A DNA stretch of 64,000 bases, from the NCBI RefSeq assembly GCF_006345805.1, contig NC_043012.1, positions 36,208,001-36,272,000 of the forward strand. The letters are read 5' to 3'. This document shows, piece by piece, positions 12,600-23,415 of this stretch. Position 1 is the stretch's first letter; each line of letters opens with the position of its first letter. The position numbers and the translations under genes were made by a program. The stretch comes from Octopus sinensis (lineage: Eukaryota). The notes beneath the pieces are model-generated. The model did not search any database. It was not told the DNA's origin and saw nothing but the letters and a program-made list of their open reading frames with translations.

Positions 12600-13298
12600 T
12601 AGGGATGGGGAAAACCCCCCGCAAGCCCATTTTATTGCACCCGCAGGCTGGCATACTCGTATGTAGAAAATATAGTAAATTTTTCAATTATAAAGTTTAT
12701 ACAATCCTCATCTGCCTCTTTGCGACATAGGTCGTGTTTCCACTATGACTTAAAACGATTAGTCCCAAACAGAAAATCCTCTGGTAACTACTATTTGAAT
12801 GGAAATTTTGTTTTCACTATAAAACACATATTGCTAGGTTTGTACCACCCAACTACACTCTAGCTGAAAACTATAGAATATCTCATAGGTAATATAAATG
12901 TCCTAAATTCAGTGGTGGCGTTAATGAAGATGTTACGTGTTAATTTAATTTTTATTAATGTATATCAAATTATCAGCCTCGTCTGGCACCTGTGTCGGTG
13001 GCACATAAAATCACCCACTACACTCTCGGAGTGGTTGGCGTTAGGAAGGGCATCCAGCTGTAGAAACACTGCCAGATCTGACTGGCCTGGTGCAGCCTTC
13101 GAGCTTGCCAGACCCCAGTTGAACCGTCCAACCCATGCTAGCATGGAAAGCGGACGTTAAACGACGATGATGATATATATACAAGATTTACATAAATACG
13201 AGTTAGAACTTGTGATCCACCTGTGGACCCTTTTTTTTTTGTTTTTTTGTTTTGTTGTAACTTTTGCCTCCCACACTAAAAAGTTTCCCCCACCCCTG
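12600..13298. mobile_element. non-autonomous hAT-type element
   Basis: TIRs TAGGGATGGGGAAAAC / GTTTCCCCCACCCCTG; perfect 8-bp TSD GGTTAAGG (12592-12599, 13299-13306). Confidence 0.85.
12975..13173 (+). mobile_element. RTE-LINE-associated 3' end repeat nested in the hAT element
   Basis: GAGTGGTTGGCGTTAGGAAGGGCATCCAGCTGTAGAAAC...GGACGTTAAACGACGATGATGAT, same family as 34950-35585. Confidence 0.85.
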
Positions 13299-13306
13299 GG
13301 TTAAGG

Positions 13307-13580
13307 TGTTACACTCACCATTGCGAGGTCGTGGGTTCGATTCCCAGGCTACGCATTGCATTCGATTCTTGAGCAAAGCACTTCATTTCATGTTGCTCTG
13401 CGATCATTTCATCCTCTGACATGTGGCACCCGTTGCACCTGTACAGGTAATGTCAATCTCATGGAAGGAGTGAGCTTATGTCTACACAAACATTTGATCA
13501 CTATAAACAAATCATGTGTGTGGTTGTTTGGTTAGAAATTGTCAAATTCTCATATGTCATCTAATGACAGGAGAGTCCAT
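13307..13580 (+). mobile_element. tRNA-derived SINE whose head (12575-12599) was split by the hAT element
   Basis: Rejoined: GCATGGCTTTGTGGTTAAGGTGTTACACTCACCATTGCGAGGTCGTGGGTTCGATTCCC (A box and B box). Confidence 0.8.
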
Positions 13581-14317
13581 CTTTATATATATACACATAC
13601 ATATATGAAATATAATTAAGATTCAGATGAATTTGGTACCCCAACAATATTATTTGAATATTGAATACCAAGACTCTGTGCAGGGGTGTTTGTACCTGAT
13701 ATTCCTGCCATGTGTGCAGACAATGCAATCCAGCTAAGTGAAGATATCCGCTCTTGGTAATTCTTATGAATTAACTCTTAAATTGGGACCGATACGATAA
13801 TAACAGAATTTTTTAGAAATTTCTGTCAGCTTACTTCGAGACACGTGCTTATAGTGATAAATATATGGTTATTGAGGATTTGTCTATTTTCGGCATATTT
13901 GGCATTAAAATTTTTTTCTGTTGCCCTTGTTTATAAGTTATATATATATAGATAGAATGATAGATATGTCACATCTTCACTCATCTTTCTCTCTTCTCCA
14001 TCCACCTGAAGTATCCATGTCTTTCTTATAATGTAAGACATTTTTCTTGCCCCTCAGTACTACTCCCCTGTCCCTTGTTGAGGAGTCTTGTGTGGAAAAT
14101 TACTTGGTGACATCACTGCTGCTGGTGCCACATAAAAAGCACCCAGTGCACTCTGTAAAGTGGCTGGCATTAGGAGGGGCATAGAAACTGTGCCAAACTG
14201 ACAGCACAGCTTGGTGTAGTCTTCTGATTTACCGATTCCTGTCAAACAGTCCAATCCATGCCACCATGCAAAATGAACATTAAATGATGTATGAATGAAT
14301 CTATATACACATGCACA

Positions 14318-14417
14318 CGAGGGTGGGGCTGAAAAGTTCCTGGCTTTGAGTAAAAGAAAATACAGGAGGATCAGTTAATTATGATTTTATTTCCCTCTCA
14401 GGTTCACACACTTATTT
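14318..14417. mobile_element. possible mariner terminal fragment
   Basis: Begins CGAGGGTGGGGCTGAAAAGTTCCTGGC, a mariner-type TIR pattern; no partner TIR seen. Confidence 0.4.
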
Positions 14418-14630
14418 GGATAATGCTTTTTGCATGCTACAGGCACAGGAGCCAGTCGGGGTGGTGGGGTTGACATTGACCACGTTTGAATAGTGCTTTT
14501 TATGTGCCACCGGCATGGGGAGCCAGTCAGGCGGCATTAGTAACAGTCCATGCATGAATGGTGCTTATTTCGTGTCACCGGTACAGGAACCAGTCAAGCG
14601 GCACTATATATATCTGTATATATATATACA

Positions 14631-15040
14631 GGCGCAGGAGTGGCTGTGTGGTAAGTAGCTTGCTTACCAACCACATGGTTCCGGGTTCAGTCCCACTGTG
14701 TGGCATCTTGGGCAAGTGTCTTCTGCTATAGCCTCGGGCCGACCAATGCCTTGTGAGTGGATTTGGTAGATGGAAACTGAAAGAAGCCTGTCGTATATAT
14801 GTATATATATATGTATTTGTGTGTATGTTTGTGTGTCTGTGTTTGTCCCCATAGCATTGCTTGACAGCCGATGCTGGTGTGTTTACGTCCCCGTCACTTA
14901 GCGGTTCGGCAAAAGAGACCGATAGAATAAGTACTGGGCTTACAAAGAATAAGTCCCGGGGTCGATTTGCTCGACTAAAGGCGGTGCTCCAGCATGGCCG
15001 CAGTCAAATGACTGAAACAAGTAAAAGAGTAAAAGAGTAT
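14631..15040 (+). mobile_element. tRNA-derived SINE, family A (full length)
   Basis: A/B-box-like head, internal TA/TG tract, (AGTAAAAG)n tail. Other copies at about 5930-6150(+), 24170-24585(-), 24620-24965(+), 29855-30220(+), 53305-53590(-), 61700-61830(-). Confidence 0.9.
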
Positions 15041-15139
15041 ATATATATGTAATATATATACACACACACATACGGCAAAACCACTATAAACCAAGAACCA
15101 CAAAATACATAAGGTTCAGTTAGAAACACTTCAAACATA

Positions 15140-15980
15140 CAAGGCTGTATCAAAAAGTCCCCAAGACTAGTTCTGTTGCACACCAACAGGTGGCAGCGTA
15201 TGGTTGCATGCACAGTGAGAGCTAGCAGTGTTTACTTTGCAAGTTGTGAAAGTTATGTTTTTGTGATCACATGTATGCTGCAGTCTGCGATTTTGTCATG
15301 GAGGGGAACAAAGAGCCAATGTGAAATTTTGTGTGAAACTTGAGAAGTCTGCTAAAGAGACATTGAGCATGCTTACAGCAACAAGGCAATGGGTCATGTG
15401 CGACATTTCAAGTGGCACAGATGCCTCAAAAGCAGAACATCCTAGGAGACCTGCCATGAGCATCACCCCCAGAAATGTGTTATTGTGCATTGAGAATTGG
15501 TCCCCCTGGGCCAGACCATCAATCAAGGGTTCTACTGATGTTTTGAAACATTTGATGGAGGACATTCAGCGAAAGCGCCCGGATCTATGGAGGGCAAAGA
15601 ATTGGATTCTTCATGAAGACAACGCACCCTGTCACCAAGTCACCAAGTTTCTCCCCCAAAACAACATGGTATCACTTCCACACCCACCCTATTCGCCAGA
15701 TTCAGCACCTGCAGACTTCCACCTCTTTTCGAAGATGAAAATGCAGTTCAAAGGTCACCGTTTTAACACTGTTGGGAAGATCCAGGGCAAATTGCAGAAG
15801 GTCCTTGACTTGCTTACGGAAAATGACTTCCCAGACTGGATTCCAAAAGGGGCAGGAACACTGCGACCAATGTATTGGTGTGCAAGGGGACTATTTTGAA
15901 GGAGATGATGTTAAAACTTGGGTAAATAAGTTATTTCTTATTCAACATAACCTGTCTGGGAACCTTCTGATACCATCTCA
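15140..15980 (+). mobile_element. internally deleted mariner (DD34D) element with pseudogenised transposase
   Basis: TA-flanked imperfect TIRs (CAAGGCTGTATCAAAAAGTCCC / GGGAACCTTCTGATACCATCTCA); ORF 15321-15899 has WILHEDNAPCH and HPPYSPDSAPADFHLF but no recognisable first catalytic-D region. Confidence 0.9.
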
Positions 15981-16083
15981 TACCATCCATTGTCAGTTGT
16001 GTTATGAATATCATTATGGTTTAAACACCTGTGTATATATGCATATGTATGCATTTGTATATGTATACATGCATGTGTATATG

Positions 16084-16142
<59 letters not shown>

Positions 16143-16145
<3 letters not shown>

Positions 16146-16432
16146 AAATTTAGAGGACTGACCACTAAAAGTGGACAGCCTGTATGCTAGATATAGACGC
16201 CAAAATCACCATGTATTCTCAAGACAAAATTCAGCAAAAAAACTGCTGAATTTTGTCTTGAAAACACATTCTTTGTGGAAAATGGTGATTTTGGCGTCTA
16301 TATCTAGCATACAGGCTGTCCACTTTTAATAGTCAGTCCTCTAAATTTTGTATGTAAAAAATTTTTAATTTTCGGATTTTTTAAAATGGTTTTAATTGAT
16401 TAATATCAATTTCTACCCTTATTTAATTTTAT
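16143..16432 (+). mobile_element. fold-back element with 3' tail (copy 1)
   Basis: ACAAAATTTAGAGGACTGACCACTAAAAGTGGACAGCCTGTATGCTAGATATAGA... is inverted to 16351, followed by an unpaired tail of about 80 nt into TA. Confidence 0.8.
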
Positions 16433-16477
16433 ATATTATTAATATATATATATATATATATATATTAATAATAATAA

Positions 16478-16806
16478 TATGACAACAAAAGAATGAATGA
16501 GACCTCGATATTATGTAAAATAGAGGAATTTATCTATAAATATGTGACAATTAGTTGGTTGTCATAATAAAACTGTTTCAGATACCGGGGCTGAAGTCTG
16601 CTCTTATGTATATTATGTGTGCATATGCAGATTCTATGAATGAAGTCTTTCACCATGCCTATTGGAGTAATTTCCCTTTATTCAATGGGGTTTGTGTTTT
16701 TTCATAGCATTTTGTCTTAATAACTGATAAGATGCCGGTGCAGACTTCAGCCCCGGCATCCAAAACTCTGAGTTTTATTATGACAACCAACTAATTGTCA
16801 CATATT
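16478..16806. mobile_element. fold-back element carrying a decayed hammerhead
   Basis: Arms 16539-16601 and 16740-16806, tail on the left; hammerhead layout at 16719-16779. Confidence 0.7.
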
Positions 16807-16823
16807 ATATATGTGTATATATA

Positions 16824-17092
16824 TACAAAATTTAGAGAACTGACCACTAAAAGTGGACAGCCTGTATGTTAGATATAAATGTCAAAATTGCCATTTTCCA
16901 TGAAGAAAAATTTTTTCAAAATGGCGATTTTGACATCTATATCTAGCATACAGGCTGTCCACTTTTAGTGGTCAGTCCTCTAAATTTTGTAAGTAAAAAA
17001 ATTTTTAATCTTCGGATTTTTTCTTTTCAAATATGCTAGGCCACTGGTATTAATTGATTAATATCAATTTCTACCCTTATTTAATTTTATAT
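16824..17092 (+). mobile_element. fold-back element with 3' tail (copy 2 of the 16143 family)
   Basis: Same arm start and same tail (…TAATTGATTAATATCAATTTCTACCCTTATTTAATTTT) as copy 1, with a different turnaround point. Confidence 0.8.
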
Positions 17093-17864
17093 ATATCATC
17101 ATCATCATATATATATATATTGTTATAAATTTCTTATGAAACACATAGATAGCGTAGAAGTGCTAAAGTTGAATCTGAGGCGTTAGATAAGTACGGTGGA
17201 TACAAGAGAAGAAGTTCAAATCAGGCAGACTACGATTAACACATACGGGTTTCATTAAGATAAAACAAGAATTGTCGAAACTGAAATACATGTTGATATA
17301 TTAGAGATATTGGACATCGTTATCATCGTTTAACGTCTGTTTTCCATGCTAGCATGGGTTGACACACAAAATGTTTGTATATGCACACACATGCTCACTG
17401 AATTATTTTTAACAATAAAGCTTGAAGTTGATGAAGCTATATAAATAAGTAACCTGTAGAATATTCAGTTAAAAAACATCTTGAATGGAAAGAAGTCAAT
17501 CCATACCAACATGGAAAAAAGGATGTTCAGTGATGATGGTATGTGTGCATATATGTGTACACACACACAATGTATGCATATATGTGTGTGTGTGTATATA
17601 TTGTTTCCATATTTTTGTCAGGAAGTGGCCATATCCTCTGACAAGGCCTCCAGACATTTGGGGCAAAAGATGTTTTCCTCCAACCAAAAACTTGTCTCAT
17701 ATAAGTTTACCTTCTTTTGAGAGATTAGCTTGAATGATTACTCTTATGGCCTTCAGGCTGATGCTGGCTTCCTTACACTTCCATCTGTCCCCTGACTTTG
17801 AGATGATGGGATGCAAAGTTTACCTTGGTAGAATTAAAATCTTCAAATACAAAGATTTGGTACC

Positions 17865-18104
17865 TTATTTACATTATTTACATTTGACGGATATTTCTCC
17901 TCATCTTGTTTGTTGTTAACACAACATTTCGGCTGATATACCCTCCAGTCTTCATCAGGTGTCTTGGGGAAATTTCGAACCTGAGTTCTCATTCCTAAGG
18001 TATCTTTCAATGTTATTGTTATTATTATTCAGGTCATTGCCTGGAATCGAACTCGGATTCTTGGGGTTAGTAGCCCGCACTCTTAACCACTACACCATAT
18101 GCCC
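17865..18104 (-). mobile_element. tRNA-headed SINE carrying a hammerhead ribozyme
   Basis: Minus strand: GGGCATATGGTGTAGTGGTTAAGAGTGCGGGCTACTAACCCCAAGAATCCGAGTTCGATTCCAGGC (A and B boxes), (AAT)n linker, then GACAC-CTGATGA-A-GACTG..CAGCC-GAAATGTT-GTGTT at 17963-17918. Second copy at 56245-56500. Confidence 0.85.
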
Positions 18105-19750
18105 GTGGGCATATATAAATGACTGCTTATGTATGTGTATATATGTGTATGTACTTATTTGTATGTGTGTATATATTTGTATGTGTGCATATCTATGTAT
18201 ATATATGCATCTATTTATGTGTGTGTGTATACATGTACACGTGTATGTATATATACAAGTATATGTGCATTTGTGTATATGTATCCGTGTGTGTATATTG
18301 TTCAGTTTATATATGTGTGTATATATATTTTTGTGCATCTATGAATGTAAATAATGTAAATAATTCCTCATCTCTTAAATATAGAACTACAAAGGTTTGG
18401 AACTAACATTGAGAAGCATTCTACCTTATCCTGTTACAACTTGTGTATGTTTAGCTTATATACAGATGTATGAGAGTAGATGTATATACGTGTGTGTGTA
18501 TATATATATATATATAAAAATGGCTGTATGTGTGTATATATGTCTATGTATATATTTGTATGTGTCTATGTGAATGTATATTGTGTGTATATGTGTATAT
18601 ATATATTTGTGTGCATATCTGTGTATATATGCATCTATTTATGTGTGTGTGTGTATACATGTACATGTGTTTATATGTACACAAGTATGTGCATTTGTGT
18701 ATGTGTATCTATATGTGTATATTGTTCAGTTTATATATGTGTGTATGTATATTTTTGTATGTCTGTGCATGTATGAATATGTACTTTTTTGTTTGTTTGT
18801 TTGTATGTATGTGTGTATATTTGTGTCTTTATGTTTGTGCATGTGTGTGTGTGTATATTTGTGAGAATATATATGTGTATGCATGTATTTGTATATCTAT
18901 ATTTGTGTGTGTGTGTGTGTGTGTGTTAGATTGTGTTTCTGAGCAAGTCATTTCATTTCTCGTTATTGCAGTCGTCTCACCTGTCAATACGCACCAGCCA
19001 GTTGCTGGTGCATCTCTCCCCTTTCATCTGTCACCTTCTGAATGTGGGGTTGCTTGAAATATGAGGGACCTGAAAGAGCTTTTGTCTCTGCTCACAACTA
19101 CTTAGGGACCTAAAGCAATTAGTGTATCAGTGGTGCATGTTACCATGCCATATGAGCAATACAGTTGACACAACTTTTTCTATTTATAACAATGTTATGT
19201 ACATATTATCATCATCATCATCATCATCATTTAACGTCCGTTGTCCATGCTGACAGGGGTTGGACGGTTTGACCAGAGCTGGCAAGCAAGAGAGCCACAC
19301 CAGACCCCAGTCTGATTTGGCAAGGTTTCTACAGCTGGGTGCCCTTCCAAGCACCAACCACTTTACAGAGTGTGCTGGGTACTTTTGCATGGCACTGCAA
19401 GGGTGCTTTTATGTCGTGCCACACAGGCACTTTTACGTGGCACCATATGGGTGCTTTTACATGACACTGCCTCAAGTACTTAACACCACCAGAAGGATTG
19501 GTCTTAACACTTTTGCTGTGGACTTTGGGTCTTCTTGAGTACGGCAAGATGCTAAGCATCTTGGTCCTTTATTAGGTCTTCGTACGTACAGCATCTCAGT
19601 CCTTGTACATACATACATATATATATAGCCGAAATTGCGAGGATGATCTGGTTCTTGACTGAAGATTGAAGGCTTCGAATGTCCTGTCCGTGTTTTTTGT
19701 ATCGTCTTCTAAATGTTTTGCGTTCTTGTCCCAGTTTGTATTTTTTTTAC

Positions 19751-19782
<32 letters not shown>

Positions 19783-20774
19783 TTATATATTCATACATAT
19801 GTACATTGTGTGTGTGTATTTACATGTATAATCTCATTTGTTTGTTGCTGTTTATTTCCCATGCTCTCATGGCTTAATCAAATACATACTGAGTCCTCAG
19901 TTTGCTGCTGGACGCTGTTTCAGTTTTTAGCTTTTACATGTTTTTCGTTTGGAGATTTCATTTCATTTCCCCTCGTCTTTGAAAGTGCCAAGCTAGCAGA
20001 CAATTTGTAGACTGGGAAATGTCAACAAACCCCTCTGTTTGTAGTAAGTGGTTGGCATTAGGAAGGGCATCAGGTTGTAGAAACAATGACAAAACAGTTG
20101 GAGCCCTGGCACAGCTCTGCAATTTGCCAACTCCTGTTAAACCATCCAATCTATTCCAGGATGGAAAACTGACATTAAATGATGTGTACATGCACGCACA
20201 GACATTATTTGTGACAGGCTTTCATGCTGTTTCTGTCAATCAAATTCACTCACAGAGCATTAGTCAACACAGGACTTTAGTAGAAGATACTTGCTCAAGG
20301 TACCATGCTGTAGGAAAACCCATGTACATGTGTGTGTGTGAAGTCTTTCGTTCTGTTGACAACAAAGTGCTTAAATTCCAAGTCAGCCTTGATCTGTGCG
20401 CCACTTTTGGAACAACAGGAAGATTGCTGGTCAAGTACTCAGTCTTTTTGCTTTGAGAAACAAACCCACTTAAGCTGTACAATTCCCACAAGATGTCAAC
20501 TAGTCCTGTTCATCTTCACATTTGAAGATCCAAGAGGGCCAGAGAGATATAGACTCTGTCAATTGATTGTGAGGCTTTTATATTGGATGAGATCATGACT
20601 TTGCCTGTTGAGGTGGTTTACCAGAAAGGGAAAAGAAACTAAAGTGGCTCCTTGAAGAATTTCTGATTTTTGTTGAAAACTCTTTAATTGAACTGTCTGT
20701 GCTGTGGACAAAACTTGATGGGTTTTCATGCATGACAACAGCCTTGACCATCTGATCTAGGATTCTGTATAGGA

Positions 20775-21200
20775 CAATCCTAGAATGCCTGTGACAAGCT
20801 TCAAAGTTGACAAGGCTTGCCTTCAGCAGGGCATGTATAGGAAGCATTCTTTTCTCTGGAGCCGAAACCTGGGCTGTGAAGAAGGAGCTCCAAGATCATC
20901 TTGATGGTACCTACATCAAGTTTCTCACGATGGCTCAAAATATCCCATAAAACCAAAGAGGAAATCCATGGACACCAACCATCTCTACTCATATCGGAAT
21001 AGGTTTTACTGCTTACTGCTCTTGTGCTGGAGAACAGGCCATATCGGATGTCACCCTAACAGAGAACACAGATCACTTAACCACGTTCGTGTTATTGGCA
21101 CAGAGAAACCTGAAATTGAGGTCTTACCAAAGCTAATGGTGGGACAGACAAGGATTCCTGGCATGGCATTGTGAAATGCAGCTTGGTTTACAGCAACTTG
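20775..21200 (+). mobile_element. decayed RTE-clade LINE ORF 3' fragment
   Basis: ACDKLQS...RACIGSILFSGAETWAVKKELQDHLDGTYIKFLTMAQNI...EQAISDV...DKDSWHGIV matches the post-RT ESxLLYGxETW...LDGxYTRxLR...DRxxW pattern. Confidence 0.75.
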
Positions 21201-21702
21201 AAAAAGATATATATGATGTATATGCATGTATATACATACATGCATGCTTGCTATAAAATTCCTGTTGATTCAGCAGAAGCAATAATCGATAGAAATGTAG
21301 AGAATTCTTCAAGACATTCCAATTGAAAGGCTGTGATTTCCAGTCCTGAGAGTTGCTCTTTTCCAATCCTCAGTTGGTAATCCAGGTCTGGTTTCCTTTT
21401 GAAATATCCATTATCTGAATATCGTTTGAAGGAAATATTTCTCCTTAAGATCTTTTGTTTAAAAACCTCTTTGAACAGCAAAAATGGCTGCTTCAAGCTC
21501 ATACTTTCAGTTTCATTTCTGGTTGTCGTGGTAACATTATTGTAAACATCATAAGCTACATACAATCAAAGTCATGAAATTCTGTTGCTGTTTAAGCAAA
21601 GTTCCAAAATAATATTTTATTAGTTGTTTTTAAAAACAGTGAGTGTGTAAGCAGGTGTTCATTTTGCAAGCACCTGTGCAAATGTATTTATATGCATATA
21701 TA

Positions 21703-22943
21703 TTGGGGGTCATCCCATAAATAATGCGGTTTTTTTCAATTGCATGAACTAAAAGTCAGATTGAAATGGGATAAAGTACCTGCATCAATTTGCTATAAAA
21801 GCAGGTAGTAATTTTACCTTGTACTTATTCTTAGTGCAAGTTTTGAAGAGTGCAGTTTGATTTTAACAGTTATTGTTTCAAAGCTGTAATGGAAGTGACA
21901 AAGGAGCATATTCGGCATATTTTGCTTTCTGAGTTCAATAAAGGCTACAAAGTAATGGAAAGTACGAGGAATATTTATGCAGTATATGGGGATCAGACAA
22001 TAGGCTTAAGCCAGTGTCAATGGTGGTTCCAGAAATTACAGTCTAGAAGACAAACTTTGTCCTGAAAGATCTGTAGAACTCAACGAGGACGTACTGCAAA
22101 CCCTGGTGGAACAAAATCCCCATTGTAGCTGTTGAGGAACTAGCAGAGAAGCTTGGATTTGGTCACTCAACCATTCATCAACACCTGCATGTCATTGGAA
22201 TTGTCAGCAAGTTGGGTCAGTGGGTTTCTCACAAACTTTCCAAGTCTAACTGAATGCAGAGAGTGAATGTGTACTCTTACGAATGAACCTTTTTTGGACC
22301 GAATAGTAACTGGTGACGAGAAATGGGTTCTCTATAAAAATGTCAAGCACCAAAGACAGTGGGTGGGGAAAGGAGAAACACTGGCACCCCAGGCTAAAGA
22401 AGGTTCTTCACCCACGTAAAGTGTTGTTATCTGTTTGGTGGGATATGAAAGGGCTAGTCCACTTAGAACTTTTAAACCCAAACCAAACAATAACAAAGGA
22501 GATCTACTGCGAGCAGCTTGAGTGGCTTAAGTCAGCGCTAGAAGAAAACCAACCATCTTTGGTTTCAAGACAAAAGGTGTTCTTCAATCAGGATAATGCT
22601 CGACCACATACAACGGAGATGACATTTCAAAAGCTGAAGCAGTTTGAATGGGAAACGATGCCCCACCCACCATATTCACCAGACATTGCGCCATCTGATT
22701 ATCATTTACTCTGCAGTTTTCCAAATCATTTGGATGGAAAAAAATATGAATTCTGTAGATGAAGTCAGAACAGTACTGGAGGAGTATTTTTCATCACAGA
22801 CAAGTAAATTTTGGAAGAGGTGCTTTGCAAGTCTACCAGATAGATGGAAGAGCATTGTAGAAAATGAAGGAGAGTATATTTTAGATTAAAGAAGAACCTT
22901 ATCTTAATTTTGAAAACTAAAAGAAGTATATAAAACTGCATTA
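21703..22943 (+). mobile_element. near full-length mariner (DD34D) with frameshifted transposase (ATG 21889 to stop 22889)
   Basis: MEVTKEHIRHILL..., WVSHKL, IVTGDEKWVLYKN, QDNARPH, HPPYSPDIAPSDYHL, W..IVENEGEYILD*; left TIR TTGGGGGTCATCCCATAAATAATGCGGTTTT after TA, right TIR eroded to AAAACTGCATTA. Confidence 0.95.
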
Positions 22944-23110
22944 TATATATATGTATGTATATGTATAGTAAACCAGTAGGGATAAAATAATCCAGGCGTT
23001 GATCTTGGAAAGCACTCACACTGTACACTGCTATCTGAAAATTACAATAGGGAGATATCCACTGGGAAAACCAGGGAGTGTCCTTTCGAATAAACAGAAA
23101 ACATAGAATA

Positions 23111-23415
23111 TGAAATCTGATCAATAAGTATCTGGACTGTTGTCATAGTAACAAAGCTTAAGCATGCAAAGTAAAGCGACTTGGCACAAATTGACCTTGA
23201 ATTCTGTTGTGCATGTTCACTACATTTTAACGTTCTAGTTCACTTCCGCTGTTCATGGCAGTGCTTGGAAGGAAGGTGTGTTGCATGTGGTCGTCACATT
23301 GACCATGACAGAGAAAGTTGTCATGATACCTGCTCAGAGGCCTTCACAAAGTTGCAGAAAGTGTATGGAGAGGAGTGTATGAGTGGTTCAGACGTTTTCA
23401 AGATGGCTGAAAAAA
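23111..23415 (+). mobile_element. 5' fragment of a third mariner lineage
   Basis: TA + TGAAATCTGATCAATAAGTATCTGGACT TIR-like start; DTCSEAFTKLQKVYGEECM..EWFRRFQDG N-terminal HTH-type peptide. Confidence 0.75.

Noticed and set aside
18030-18104. tRNA gene (also heads at 14631, 25650-25720, 37635)
   Set aside because: A and B boxes are present, but the acceptor stems do not close and each continues into a multi-copy SINE body.
20593-20992. Minus-strand ORFs of 63-84 aa
   Set aside because: Largely antisense shadows of the + strand RTE LINE fragment.
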